Below, piece after piece: positions 24,381 to 38,199 of a DNA stretch of 64,000 bases. The position numbers were made by a program, and so were the translations under genes. Every line of letters begins with the position of its first letter. Position 1 is the stretch's first letter. This DNA is from Octopus bimaculoides (taxonomy: Eukaryota): the NCBI RefSeq assembly GCF_001194135.2, contig NC_069008.1:8929163-8993162 (forward strand). Direction: 5' to 3'. The notes under the pieces were generated by a model. It saw only the letters and a list, made by a program, of their open reading frames with translations, did no database searches and was not told where the DNA came from.

Positions 24381-25423
24381 GCCTAAATAAATGATTCTAA
24401 TCAATTCACTAATTAATAAGAATAATACATATACGGCCACAGTCAAGTAACCAAAACAAATAAAAGAATACACTCATATATATGTATACACATATACACA
24501 CATACATATATATATACATAGACACATACATGCATACATCTACATATATACATTCTAAATATTATATAACATTTAATTATCTAAAATAGTTTATTCTTTA
24601 ATATCCAATAATCCTCCAAATAATCAATTCAATTTAATTATATTTTCTAAACACATATTTTGAAGAGTGTTTACAAGATAAAACATATTCTTGTCTGTCA
24701 CTAAGAAGTTTCTTTTTTTATGTTAAAATTTGATATACTTCCTCTACACATGAGTTACATCTGTTATCAGCAATTTTATAAAATCTAGCATGACTAACTG
24801 TTTGCCATTTAAGGTTGTGTAATTTATTATTATCCTTAAACTTCCTTATAAATTTACTTAAACTGGTGCTACACAACTTATTTCTGTTTCTAAAAGTATA
24901 TCCATGGTTTGCAATACGTCATTTAATCAAATCTTTGGTTGACCCAATATAAAAATAGCTATTTCCTTCAGATTCTACCCTACATCTGTATATACAGTTA
25001 TTTTGAATCCAAAAATTATTGAAATAACATTTATCCTTAAACCTACAATCACAAGCTCTAGCTACACAATTTCCATTAGGTCCATTATTAGTGTTAGTTA
25101 TTAAAGTATTATTATTTCTATTACTATAAAAGATATCGAATTTATTGTTATTAATCAAAGAGATAATTCTAAATAAGCTTTTAGATAGTGAAAAACCAAT
25201 TCTGACCATTTTATTATTTATTTTATTATGCTTATTTTCTTTATTGAAATATTTAGATTTAGATCTGTAAAAAGATTTTACCAAATTAGTTTTTGTTTTG
25301 TAAAAGGAATATATCATGTTTTTTATCAAAGTCATTATCGTGCGATTTATCAAAATTAACATATGGGATATATTTTCTACTCTTAAATTTAAATGATTAT
25401 TATTCCTATTTTTATTGTTGTTG

Positions 25424-25454
<31 letters not shown>

Positions 25455-25756
25455 AATTATACCTACTTAAGATATCCCTATTATTGGTATTAATTTCAGA
25501 CTATAGATTTACACTACATTTTCCTCTACTCTTAATTTGTATATTATTAGTGGTCAATTTATTAATTACAGTATCATCCTTATTTTCATGAGATTTACTA
25601 AGTTTAAGCTTAATACTCACACCACTTACATTATATTTACCCAATCTGTTGTGTATCGATTTAGTATTATTAAACTTTTACTGTCTTTATCCTTTTTACA
25701 ATATACAATCTTATGTATATATCCCACTTTATTAGGGTCTACATTATAGTACTCTT

Positions 25757-25976
25757 TTACTCTTTAACTCTTTTACTTGTTTCAGTCATTTGACTGTGGC
25801 CATGCTGGAGCACCGCCTTTAGTCGAGCAAATCGACCCCAGGACTTATTCTTTGTAAGCCTAGTACTTATTCTATTGGTCTCTTTTTGCCGAACCGCTAA
25901 GTTACGGGGACGTAATCACACCAGCATCAGCTGTCAAGCGATGATGGGGGGGACAAACACAGACACACAGACACAC

Positions 25977-26022
<46 letters not shown>

Positions 26023-26185
26023 GACGGGCTTCTTTCAGTTTCCGTCTACCAAATTCACTCACAAGGTTTTGGTCGACCCGAGGCTATAGTAGAAGACACT
26101 TGCCCAAGGTGCCATGCAGTGGGACTGAACCCGGAACCATGTAGTTGGTAAGCAAGCTACTTACCACACAGCCACTCCTGTGCCT
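25757..26185 (-). mobile_element. SINE family A, young full-length copy inserted in the Penelope ORF
   Basis: CpG-rich complete head-to-tail copy; removing it rejoins the Penelope frame (EEIFNSNTEY/YNVDPNKVGY). Confidence 0.85.
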
Positions 26186-26551
26186 ATGTATTCAGTATTA
26201 CTATTGAAAATTTCCTCATTAGAAGATAAAAATGAAATTTGTCTCAAAATATTTTTACCAAAGTACATTTAATTGCTTTAGGATGATTACTATTAAAATT
26301 AATATACTTCAAGTTAGCATTAGGTTTATGATATGGTCTATATTGGCCTGTAACACGATTCAGATTAACACCTAAATAATTAACAGAATCATGTTCATTT
26401 TCAATAGAAATAGATAAACCAAATCTTTTAATAAATCCATGAAGTCTTTTCATATACAGATCTAATTTCCTATTGGATAGGATATTAGTTAAAAACATCA
26501 CGTCATCCCTATATAATCCATCTTTAAGTTCTGGAAATTTACTACCTAGGC

Positions 26552-26940
26552 ATACGAGTGGCTGTGTGGTAAGCAGCTTGCTTACCAACAACATAGTTCC
26601 GGGTTCAGTCCCACTGCGTAGCACCTTGGGCAAGTGTCTTCTACTCTAGCCTCGGGCCAAACAAAGCCTTGTGAGTGGATTTGGTAGACGGAAACTGAAA
26701 GAAGCCTGTCGTATATATGTGTGCGTGTATATGTTTGTGTGTCTGTGTTTGTCCCCCCAACATCCCTTGATAACCGATGCTGGTGTGTTTACGTCCCCGT
26801 AACTTAGCAGTTCAGCAAAAGAGACCGATAGAATAAGTACTAGGCTTACAAAGAATAAGTCCTGGGGTTGATTTGCTCGACTAAAGGTGCTGCTCTAGCA
26901 TGGCCACTGTCAAATGACTGAAATAAGTAAAAGAGTAAAT
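26552..26940 (+). mobile_element. SINE family A, full-length copy inserted in the Penelope RT domain
   Basis: Head GTGGCTGTGTGGTAAGCAGCTTGC, B-box GGGTTCAGTCCC, CORE-like domain and tail; lies between the SAQVADL and GLYRDD segments. Confidence 0.85.
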
Positions 26941-28205
26941 AAGACAGACTGTATATCCGTACAAGATCAGCAACCTGGGCAGAATCAGCTAATCCCATAG
27001 TAAAAGCAAAACCATCATAAGTATTTTTTCTAACCCTGTATTTATTATCAAATAAAATTACTGATTTTCTAGCTTCTAAAATTATTAAAAATTTTTTTAA
27101 AGTAAGATTAGATCTATTTTTAGCAAACAAAAGAGTCTGATTAAGAATTATGGGATTTATAGATGAATAATAATTATCAATATCTATTTGTATAAATTTA
27201 CTTTTATTCTCATTATTTATTCCAACAAACCAATTAATAGCATCCTGCGTATTTGACCATAGTTCAAGTTTCAATTTTCTTCTACATGCCAATAAATATT
27301 TATTTAAAATACTTTTACTTAATTTACTTGGGTCAGACTGGCCCAAGCAAATTAATCTAACTTTGGGGTTAGAATAGAAGTTATCCTTATGGTCTTTTAA
27401 AGTTATTCTAGGCCTCATAGACACAAATGGCTCTGTCCTGTCAATCAAGATCATAATCTTTTTAGCTTCTAAGCTAATAGACCATAAAATATTTTTACTG
27501 ACTACCTTATAGTTACTAGTTATTTCATGTTTAATTAGATCATGTTATTTTGATAGACCAATATCATACGAGTTACCAGTTTTATCTGATTAGACAATAA
27601 TTCCATTTTTTTTGTTTACAGTCAGATACTAAAGTTTTCAGATTCGTTAAATGTTCATTCCCCCGAAAGGGATACTTAATAAATTTAACATTTCTCACTA
27701 TAGACCATAAATCATCCTTCAACGCCACCAAATGGCAGTTTGGTTGTGGAAATTTTGGTTTAAAATTTTTTTTTAAGAAGTTCAACATCTTCATTTTGAG
27801 AATCAATTCCTTGTTCAAATTCTTTATCATAATAAAATGCCTTCCAACAAATTCTTTGTATAAATTCAGTAGTCTTGGTAATTAAATTTTTCATATAATC
27901 CTTCCTAGGTGGTACAGGGATGTCTTTTAATGGAATGTCAATTGGTAACTTCTCCATTTTACAAGCGAAAAACTGTTTTGATATTATCACACAAGTAATA
28001 TTTCAAATTAAATCCAGTACAAGCAAAATAGGGATGAAAACATCCAGTCTTTCACTGGCTCCACTGTTTAATACCTAATTTAGTAGAGAAAAAAATTATA
28101 TATATTTGACTGAAATTTATTCACATCCAAAAAGTTTTCTACAGCATATATGTGACAATGACCAACATATGTTTCTACTGCATCAACTACTCATTGCACA
28201 TATAT

Positions 28206-28460
28206 ACAGGGTGTGATGGGTAAATAGTCGCCATTTTATAGTTTTAATTTCACGCATGCACATTATTTGTTTTTGATTTTGTCAATTGCACAATATAGTA
28301 GGGTCAGTTGGGCACTGTCTGTGAGAAAAACAGCACCATGACGCAAGTCACCCAGCCAGAAATTTGGAAATGACATGCTGTACTACTTGGCATTCACGCC
28401 GGAAGCTCAATACAAACATTTCAGAGTGTTTGGGTGTCAATCTGAGGACATGTACCAGGA
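28206..28460 (+). mobile_element. 5' fragment of a Tc1/mariner-superfamily element
   Basis: TA|CAGGGTGTGATGGG terminus followed by a decayed ORF start (PEIWK.HAVLLGIHAGS). Confidence 0.4.
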
Positions 28461-29045
28461 GTGATAAAAATCAAGCATCAAGTCAACATCATGAGAACCC
28501 TCAGAACAAGAGACCATGAAACTGTACAAGTTCCATGGAGGGTTTTGAACTCAGCCATCTGGACTACTGCTCTCAAATTAATAGTAGAACTTAAAGCAGT
28601 TCAGCAGTGCTACACCAGGAAGATTGCATCAGTGGAACAACTGAGTAATCTGGGAGAGTCTGAAAGAGCTACAACTCTACTTCCAGGAGCAACATTGGGA
28701 GATGTATGCTGTGACATACATATGGAAGATCCTGAAGGGCTTGGCACCAAACTTTAGCATCAAGAGCTCAACTAAACTCCAAACTGGATGTCACTGCACT
28801 GTTCCAAAGGTCCCAGCTATCCCATCTAGGGTAAAGACCATATACTGCAGTAGCTTGGAATTCAAGGGCCCACAGATACTTAATGCCTTGCCAAAACATC
28901 TGAGGGATCTTCATGGAGTAGGGGTAGATGTTTTCAAGAAACCACTTGATTTCCTGCTGTCCAAGGTCCCAGATGAACCTATATCATGGCAAGAAGCTCT
29001 AAAAGGGCAGTTGTATCGAATCCCGTCCTTCACCAAAAGCCAATT
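28460..29045 (+). mobile_element. CR1/L2-group LINE, 3' end of RT ORF
   Basis: ELKAVQQCYTRKI, YIWKILKGLAP, FKGPQILNALPKHLR, FKKPLDFLLSKVPDEP match the CR1/L2 ORF2 C-terminus. Confidence 0.75.
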
Positions 29046-29524
29046 GCATAAGAATGGCCACTAACAAAGTGAGTAAACAAATGGTGCTCCAGCATGGCCA
29101 CGGAGTTGCAGCTAAAACACATCAAAGAGTATATATATATATATATATATATNNNNNNNNNNNNNNNNNNNNNNNNNNNNNNNNNNNNNNNNNNNNNNNN
29201 NNNNNNNNNNNNNNNNNNNNNNNNNNNNNNNNNNNNNNNNNNNNNNNNNNNNNNNNNNNNNNNNNNNNNNNNNNNNNNNNNNNNNNNNNNNNNNNNNNNN
29301 NNNNNNNNNNNNNNNNNNNNNNNNNNNNNNNNNNNNNNNNNNNNNNNNNNNNNNNNNNNNNNNNNNNNNNNNNNNNNNNNNNNNNNNNNNNNNNNNNNNN
29401 NNNNNNNNNNNNNNNNNNNNNNNNNNNNNNNNNNNNNNNNNNNNNNNNNNNNNNNNNNNNNNNNNNNNNGACCAAAGCCTTGTGAGTGGATTTGGTAGAT
29501 GGAAACTGAAAGAAGCCCGTCGTA

Positions 29525-29569
<45 letters not shown>

Positions 29570-29746
29570 TTGTGTGTCTGTGTTTGTCCTCCTAGCATTT
29601 ATGTCCCCGTAACCTAGTGGTTCGGCAAAAAGAGACCGATAGAATAAGTACTAGGCTTACAAAGAATAAGTCCCGGAGTCGATTTGCTCGACTAAAGGCG
29701 GTGCTCCAGCATGGCCGCAGTCAAATGACTGAAACAAGTAAAAGAG

Positions 29747-29778
<32 letters not shown>

Positions 29779-30452
29779 CATACATAGAGAGATGTGCAGT
29801 GCACACATATATTTAAGTATAGAGAAATATAAAGTGTGGCAGTATAGATTTAAAGACAAATGTTTGTATGTGTGTAGAGAAAAATGTAAGTTATATTTGA
29901 ATGAATTAAAGAATGTAAGATGTTTATGTATATGACTTTAGGGCCATGTAAGTGTAAATATATGAAGAAATGTAAGGAATGTATATAGGGATGGAATGTG
30001 TAGAAGGATGCATATGGGTGAAGGGACAGGTACATAAAGTGTAAGCATAGTTAATTGTAAGGTGTGTACATGTGGAGATCTTTTATCTTTTGCTTTTGGA
30101 GCACCGCCTTGAATGGTTTTAGTTGAACGAATTGACCCAAGTACTTTTAAGACTGGTACGTATTCTATCGGTCTCTTTTGCTGAACTTCTAAGTTATGGA
30201 GACACAGACCAACCAACACTGGTTGTCAAGTGGTGTTGGTGGGGACAAACACACAGATATATACAAACCAACATATATATGTGCATATATGTATATATGC
30301 GTGTGTGTGTGTGTGGGGGGGGGGGGGGGGTTGAAGATTTTAGAGTGTAAGTTCAAATCATTTGAGCATGACTAGACATTTTCTATACTAAGCATCTCTG
30401 GATCTAATCTGTTGTCTCTATATATAAGTATATGTGTGTATTTATATATATA

Positions 30453-30492
<40 letters not shown>

Positions 30493-30493
<1 letters not shown>

Positions 30494-31415
30494 CTACTAC
30501 ATATGTGGAAATCTGTGGGTGTGTTTGTTTGTGGCGTTGTTATCTAACTCCTCCTACATCGTTTTATCAATTTTGATGAAACTTGACACGTGAGTAGAAC
30601 TCATGTCTGGAAAACTAGTGACATACTTAGATTGTTGAAAAAATTGATTATAGGGCCCCTGGAAGTGATTCTTATATCTACTACATATAACTAATATATT
30701 ATTTTTAAACATCCAAGGGAAATAACCCATTAGCTCCTGAAAGGGATCCTTATATATAGCCATGGGTAATAACCCATTCATGTTCATAAATTATTTCATA
30801 TAAATCAAATTGAGTATGCTTATTTCTTAGTATTTGAACTGTATGAGTTATTTTCGCACTTTATCCAGTACAACGCTTAAACAAGTAAATAATATTTTCC
30901 TAAACAATAGATCCACTTATTTTGGTTAGTGACTTATTCATGAATACACCAACACTAGCACTGCTGAGGGTAATATTCCCTGCGAACGCAATAAAGCTTT
31001 TTTCAGAGCTATTTCCTTTGAATTGTTATTATCTCATATCTGAATAGCCTGTTATTACATAACATGTTTCACGATTTTAGTATACATACCTTTGTGGTAT
31101 TTCCTCCTATGTTCTATGTACTCTGGGAACGTATTAAAGCCCTTTTTGGGGCTACTTTATTTCAATTGTTACTATCGGGTAATTAATTTCATGTTATTAC
31201 ATAACTGTCTTCACAATTTGGGTATTCATAACTTATTGGGAATTCCTACAAACAAGGTCCTGTGTAAGACAGTTCAGTATTCTCAATAAATGCACAAAAA
31301 ACGTTTTAAGGGCTACATACTTTGTATTGTTGTTATTGGATTAGCGAAACAATTATGAGAACGGAACCAAGGGATAAGCCCCACTTTCCTGGGAATTACT
31401 GGGTACGTCAGCTAG
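30493..31415 (+). mobile_element. non-autonomous Helitron
   Basis: Starts A|TCTACTACATAT; ends with a G/C-rich subterminal hairpin-like CCTGGGAATTACTGGG followed by CAGCTAG|T; no TIR or TSD. Confidence 0.6.
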
Positions 31416-31462
31416 TATATAAATATTTAGATAGACAGAAAGATATATATATGGATACATTC

Positions 31463-32047
31463 AGATCTTTTTTAAAACGGGGGCCACATTTTTCATTAAC
31501 GAAACACTTTGAAACTTGGAACACTGGTAGAATGTGTCATATAAAACATCTTTTTCTCTTAGTCTTCTTAAAAAAAAAAAGAAATCCATAAATTATTCCA
31601 TGTTAAAGTTGTCGTATTTCTGTAATTTCAACCAATCACTGACGTCCATTCAGCCGATATACATTAAGTGCCGACTACATAAACAAACGATTCTGAAACA
31701 ATTAGCCCTAACCCTAACCATAACCTTAGGGTTAGAGTTAGGGTTAGGGTTAGGGTTAGGCTTAGGGTTAGGGTTAAAGCAAATTTAAAATGAAAAAAGC
31801 AAATAAAACGAAGAATCGTTTGTTTATGTAGTCGGCACTTAATGTATATTGGCTGAGTGGACGTCAGTGATTGGTTGAAATTATCGAAATAAGACAATTT
31901 TTTACATGAAATAAATTTGAATACAAAAATATTTTTCTGTTCTATAACACAAAATAGATAAGTATACGAAGTTTGAAAGTCTTTCGGTACCAAAAACACT
32001 ACGTAAAACATTAATGAAAAATGTGGCCCCCGTTTTAAAAAAGATCC
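31463..32047. mobile_element. foldback MITE with telomeric-repeat core and 8-bp TSD
   Basis: TIR GATCTTTTTTAAAACGGGGGCCACATTTTTCATTAA; inner arms about 70 bp (31625-31695 vs 31812-31885); core (CCCTAA)~3 + (TTAGGG)~8 at 31706-31775; TSD ATACATTC at 31455-31462 and 32048-32055. Confidence 0.85.
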
Positions 32048-32436
32048 ATACATTCTTTTATTCTTTTCCTTGTTTTAGTTATTTGACTGCAGCCATGCTG
32101 GAGCACCACCTTTAGTCGAAGAAACTGACCCCAGGACTTATTCTTTGTAAACCTAGTACTTATTCTACCTATCTCTTTTGCCAAACCGCTAAGCTACGGG
32201 GACATAAGCTCACCAACATCGGTTGCCAAGCAATGGTGGGGGAACAAACACACACACACACACACATATACTACAGGCTTCTTTCAGTTTCCGTCTACCA
32301 AATCCACTCACAATGCTTTGGTCAACCCAAGGCTATAGTAGAAGACACTTGCCCAAGGTGCTATGCTATGGGACTGAACCCAGAACTATGTGGATGGGAA
32401 GCAAGCTTCTTACCACACAGCCATGCCTGCACCTAC

Positions 32437-32472
<36 letters not shown>

Positions 32473-32484
32473 TCACACACACAT

Positions 32485-33754
32485 GAGGTGCGTTCATTAA
32501 AGATTTCCTCTGACCCACTTCCAGTTATTGCAGGAAACAGAACTTGTACACATATAATCATGCATGTCTCTACACGTCACATTGTAAATTGCAGCTTTCC
32601 ACTAGTATTCGTTTGTCTATCAAGTGAATTAAGATGTTATAATGGAAGCAGTTGAATGCAGATCAGTGATCAGGTTCTTTTACTTCTTAGGTCGGGCACC
32701 AAAAGAGATTTTCAATAAGATGAAAGAAGTTTATAGTGATGATGCATCATCATATAATGTAGTCAAGCACTAACATCACCAGTTCAAATATGGTTGGACA
32801 TTGGTGGAAGCTGCTCCTGGATGACCACATTCTGCCATTGATGACAGCACCATCCATAAAGTGGAAGCTTACCATTTTGGAGGATCACCACATAACTGTT
32901 CAGCAACTATCCCAAGAAGTGAAGATAAGTGTAGGATCCATTGACAAAAATGATCATTTGCATATGCGGAAGTTGTCTGCACAATGGATTCCCAGATGCT
33001 CACACCTTTTCAGAAGCAGGAACAAGTCAATTTCCCCCAGGCTCTTTTGGCAACGTGCCAAGAAAATGAGGTGGACTTTTTCGGCAGACTTATCACACAG
33101 GATGAAGCATGGGTCCATCACTATGATCCTGAGACTGAAGTGAAGTCAAAGCAATGGAAGCATGATAACTCACTACCTTCAAAGAAGGCTCATGTCCAAC
33201 CCTCAGCAGGCAAGGTGATGCTCATGGTCTTTTGAGATCAGCATGGAGCAGTGATGATGGATTTTCTGGCAAAGGGCACCACAATTAACTGGGCATTTTA
33301 TGCTTCTCTGCTGCAGAAATTGTGGGACGCCATCAAAGCATAGAGGTGTGACATGCTGACCAAAGGAGTCTGCCTTCTCCAAGACAATGTCCCAGTTCAC
33401 AATGAACATGCTGTCCAGGTAAAAGCACACTCCTGTGGCTATGAAATCCTTCCTCATCTCCCTTATTCTTCCTACCTTGCACCATCTGACTTCCACCTCT
33501 TTCCATCCATGAAGTCTTATTTGATGGGGAAGTACTTTTTGGATGATGATGAACTTATCTCCAAAGTAACATCTTGGCTCTAGATGCAACCGACTAACTT
33601 CTACAGATGAAGTCTTCACAGCTGCAAAAAGTGATGGGAGAAATGTCTCACTATTGGTGGGGGCTATATAGAGAAGGACAGGGAATTATACCAAATTTTG
33701 TTTATCCCAGTCCTTGGGAAGTGGGTCAGGGGAAATATTTAATGAATAGCCCTC
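32485..33754 (+). mobile_element. mariner DNA transposon fossil, full length
   Basis: TIRs GAGGTGCGTTCATTAAAGATTTCCTCTGACCCACTTCC / GGAAGTGGGTCAGGGGAAATATTTAATGAATAGCCCTC; remnants ITQDEAWVHHYDPET, PSAGKVML, LLQDNVPVH, HLPYSSYLAPSDFHLF; stops and frameshifts. Confidence 0.9.
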
Positions 33755-33782
33755 CTATGTACCACACAGCCATATTTGAGCC

Positions 33783-33858
<76 letters not shown>

Positions 33859-35302
33859 TGTGTGTGTATATACATATGGATATATGTGTGTGTGTGTGCA
33901 TGTACGTGTGTATCTATATATATATGTATAGTTCTGGCTGTGTGGTAAGAAGCTTAATTCCCAACCATATGGTTCTGGGTTCAGTCCCATTGCATGGCAC
34001 CTTCTACTATAGCCTCCGGCTGACCAAAGCCTTGTAAGTGGATTTGGTAGACAGAAACTGTAAGAATTCCATCGTATATATGTGTGTGTGTATGTATTTG
34101 TGTGTCCTCGCATGATCACTTGACAAAGCGGTTCAGCAAAAGAAACTGATAGAATAAGTACTAGGCTTACAAAGAAAAAGTTCTGGGGTCAATTTGTTCA
34201 ACTAAAGGCATGGTTACAGTCAAATAACTGAAACAAGTAAAAGAATAATATATATATGTACACACACATATATGTTTCAACAAGTTGGAGTCACAGATAC
34301 AAGAAGAAGAATATAACCAAACTATATACATATACATATATGTATAGATATATATTTATATATATATATGTATATCATCATCATTATCCTTTAATGTCCA
34401 TTTTCCATGCTGGTATGGGTTGGACGGTTTGACAGGAGCTGGCCAGGCAGGAGCCTGCACCAAATCTATGTGTCTGTTTTGGCAGGGTTTTCCATGGCTT
34501 GATGTCCTTCCTAACACCAACCACTCTGCAGAGTGGACTGAGTGCTTTTTATGTGGCACAAGCACAGGCGAGGTCAGTTTTGGCAAGGTTTTTACAGCTG
34601 GATGCCCTTCCAAACACCAACCATTTTACAGTATAGACTGGATGTTTTTTTACATGGCATCAGCACTAGCAGGGTCACCAAGTAACTTGCAAGACAAAGA
34701 TCCTTTGAGAGGGGAGGAGGCATAGAAGGAGATGATCTTGTGTCAAATGATGAAAGGTTATAGTGAGACAGAGGGTCAGAAACAGGTATTTTGCTGTAGA
34801 GGAGGTACCCAGCCGGAGAGAAAGAGTGACAGAGAGAGAGAGACAGACAGACAGACAGAGAGGCAGAGAGATCAGGAATGAGGACAGAAACAGGTATGCT
34901 GCCATAAAGGAGATGCATGGTTACCCAACTGGAGGGAAGAGAAAGAGAGAGAGAGTGGGAGACAGCATGGTGGCAAAGTGTCAAGCATACTCACAAGGGA
35001 CGGGGATCAGAATATAAATGGAATGGTTGAGTAAAGGAAGAGAGAGATGTAGATGGTGGCAAGTGCCAGGGCATACCCTTGAGGTTCGAAAGTCATAATA
35101 TAAGTGACAGGATATTGTTAAAGAAGCGAAATCACAGAGTGAGGAGAGGAATTCAGTGAGTGGTGAAGAGCTGGGTATATAGAGTTGGGAGTGGGGCTAC
35201 CAGATAGCAACAATACAGAGAAACATGGCCATGAGGACAGGATTGGGGAGTGAGAGTATATGAAGGAGGAAATGTAAGGAAGAGAAGAGATGTAAAGATG
35301 TA

Positions 35303-36580
35303 TTGGGTTATCCCATAAATAATGTGGTGTTTTCAATTGCATGAACTACAAGTCAGAGGGGAACAGGTTGAAATACCTGCATCAAATTGCCATAAAACCA
35401 GGTAGTAATTTTACCTTGTTCTTATTCTTAGTGCAAGTTTTGAAGAGTGCACTTCGATTTTAACAGTTATTTTTTCAAAGCTATAATAGAAGTGACAAAG
35501 GAGTATATTAGCATATTTTGCTTCATGAGTTTAATAAATGCAACAACATAATGGAAAGTGTAAGGAATATCAATGCAGTAAATGGGGATCAGACAATAAG
35601 CATAAGCCAATGTCAACAGTAGTTCCAGAAATTCCAAGCTGGAAACTACAGCCTAGAAGAGAAGCCTTGTCCTGGAAGATCTGTAGAGCTCGACAAGAAT
35701 GTCCTGCAAACCCTGGTGGAACAAAATCCCATCATAACTGTTGAAGAATTAGCAGAGAAGCTTGAATTTGGTCATTCAACCATTCATCAACACTTGCATG
35801 CCATTGGAAAAGTCAGCAAATTGGGTCAATGGGTTTCTCATAAACTTTCAAAGTCTAATCAAGCACAGAGAGTGAATGTGTGCTCTTCTTTGCTGTCACG
35901 TCTCACAAATGAACTTTTTTTAGATGAAATAGTGACTAGTGATGAGAAATTGGTTCTTTATAAAACTGTCAAGTGCCAAAGACAGTGGGTAGGAAATGGA
36001 GAACCACCAGCATCCCAGGTTAAAGAAAGTCTTCACCCACACAAAGTGTTGTTATCTGTTTGATGGGATGTGAAAGGTTTAGTCCACTTAAACCCAAACC
36101 AAATTATAACAAAGGAGAACTCCTGCAAGCAGCTTGAGTGGCTTAAGTCAGCGCCAAAAGGAAAATGACCATCTTTGGTTTCAAGACAAAAGGTATTCTT
36201 CCATCAGGATAATGCTCAGCCACATACAGCAAGGATGACATTCCAAAGGCTGGAACAGTTTGAATGGGAAACAATGTCCCACCCCCCATATTCACTAGAC
36301 ATTGCTCCATCTGATTATAATTTATCCTACAGTCTTCAAAATCATTTGGATGGAAAAAATATGAATTTTGTAGACAAGGTCAGAACAATACTGGAGGAGT
36401 ATTTTTCATCACAGACAAGTGAATTTTGGAAGAGGAGCCTTACAAGTCTACCAGATAGATGGAAGAGCATTGTAGAAAATGAAGGAGAGTATATTTTAGA
36501 TCAAAAAAGAACTTTGTTTATATTAATTTTGAAAAATAAAAGAAGTATAAAAAAACAGCATTATTTATGGGATGACCCAA
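35303..36580 (+). mobile_element. mariner DNA transposon fossil, full length, different subfamily
   Basis: TA|TTGGGTTATCCCATAAATAATG...CATTATTTATGGGATGACCCAA|TA; GQWVSHKL, IVTSDEKLVLY, FHQDNAQPH, HPPYSLDIAPSDY. Confidence 0.9.
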
Positions 36581-36589
36581 TAGTTTGGT

Positions 36590-37875
36590 TTGTTGGGGTA
36601 GGGTGTGTGAAAAGTTTTCTTGTTATGTGAATCACACAATGCTTCTAGAACTCAGTTTTGCTGATGTGGGTAGGTCTTCTCAAGAACCTCAGATCACAGG
36701 CATTTTGGTCCGTTGTCATTTTCTCAGTGAGGCCCAACATCCTGAGATCAGTCCTGACCACTTCATCCCATGTCTTCCTGTGTCACCCTCTTCCATGGAT
36801 ACCATCCACTTTTTTATGCAGCTATCCTCATTCATTTATTCATGTCCAAAACAACATAGTCTTCTCTCTTGCATGCTACATTTGATTTCTGTTATGCCCA
36901 CCTTTTCTCTCAATACATTTGCACTTAGTCGTACATGTATACTGATGTTGCACATCCAAGAGAGCAAACTACCTTCATTTCTCTCCAGTCTACGCATGTC
37001 TTCTGCATTCAGAGCTCATGTCTCACTATCATGAAGTATAGCCATTCACACACAAGCATCATACCTTTCACTCTGAGAGAGAGTCCTTTTGTTGCCAACA
37101 GAGGTAATAGCTCTCTGAGCTTCCTTCACTCTATTCTTATTCTAGAAACAATACTTTCAGAGCATCCTCCACCATTGCTAATTTGGTCACCTAGGTAACA
37201 GAAACTATCAAGAGAGCCTCCTGGACATTTGAGAGAATATAAGTTCCATGTGCTCTTAGTGATTATTGTTCCAACACATCTGCCATATACAAAGACAACT
37301 TTATCTGTTAATCTACATGTAATGCCACTGCACCACTTATGTGTCCATAGTTTACATTGAGTGCAGCGAATGGAATTTCTTTCAACTCCTTTCCCATATA
37401 TTGAGTAGGACCATTCACCTAACAGAAAGAGTTTTATCTTCTCTCTTACTAGTAACTTTGTCTTTGCTAGGTTGACTTTAAGGCCCTTTGATTCCAGGTT
37501 TTATTTCCATATCTGGAATTTCTTCTCCAATTCTGCTAAAGATTCTGCAATAAGAACAAGGTCATCAGTAAATAGCAGTTCTCATGAGTATTCTATTTTG
37601 AATTCTTCCATTATGGCCTGGAGGACTATAATGAATAAGAGTGGGCAGAGAACTGAGCCTTGGTGAACCCCCACTTATATACTAAATTCATCACTGTATT
37701 CATGGTCAACTCTCACCTTACTGACAGCTTCACTGTACATGGCTCGCACAGTTCTCACTAACCATTCATCTATCCCTAGTTTCCTCTAACAAGCCACTCC
37801 TCTACTACTAACTTCCTTAGAGACCACCAGATAACGGAGCAGGGAACTTTGTCGAAAGCTTTCTCCAGGTAAATG
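36590..37875 (-). mobile_element. RTE-clade LINE, RT and 3' ORF remnant
   Basis: Minus strand DLEKAFD (about 37860), GVHQGSVLCPLLF (about 37650), ELLFTDDLVL (about 37570), RKTWDEVV (about 36770). Confidence 0.8.
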
Positions 37876-37925
37876 AAGGCTAAGTACAATGACTTACTTT
37901 TGGCCAAATACTTTTCCTATATATA

Positions 37926-37965
<40 letters not shown>

Positions 37966-38199
37966 TATATATGCATNNNNNNNNNNNNNNNNNNNNNNNN
38001 NNNNNNNNNNNNNNNNNNNNNNNNNNNNNNNNNNNNNNNNNNNNNNNNNNNNNNNNNNNNNNNNNNNNNNNNNNNNNNNNNNNNNNNNNNNNNNNNNNNN
38101 NNNNNNNNNNNNNNNNNNNNNNNNNNNNNNNNNNNNNNNNNNNNNNNNNNNNNNNNNNNNNNNNNNGGGGGGGGGGGTACAAAAGGAAGTCTTGCCCGG

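Larger units (their letters stand above)
24640..28020 (-). mobile_element. Penelope-like retroelement, near full-length ORF fossil (RT plus GIY-YIG endonuclease)
   Basis: N-terminal LKDIPVP...RICWKAF (27760-27990); RT motifs KFIQIDIDNYYSSI, MG..SAQVADL, GLYRDD, VNYLGVNL, YINFNSNHP; GIY-YIG CIYRC...YFYIGST (24919-25000); C-terminal LSDRQEYVLSCKHSSKY near 24660. Broken by frameshifts and two SINEs. Confidence 0.9.

Noticed and set aside
31706-31775. Head-to-head telomeric repeats as a chromosome fusion scar
   Set aside because: They lie at the centre of a TIR element with a perfect TSD, so a transposon origin is more parsimonious.
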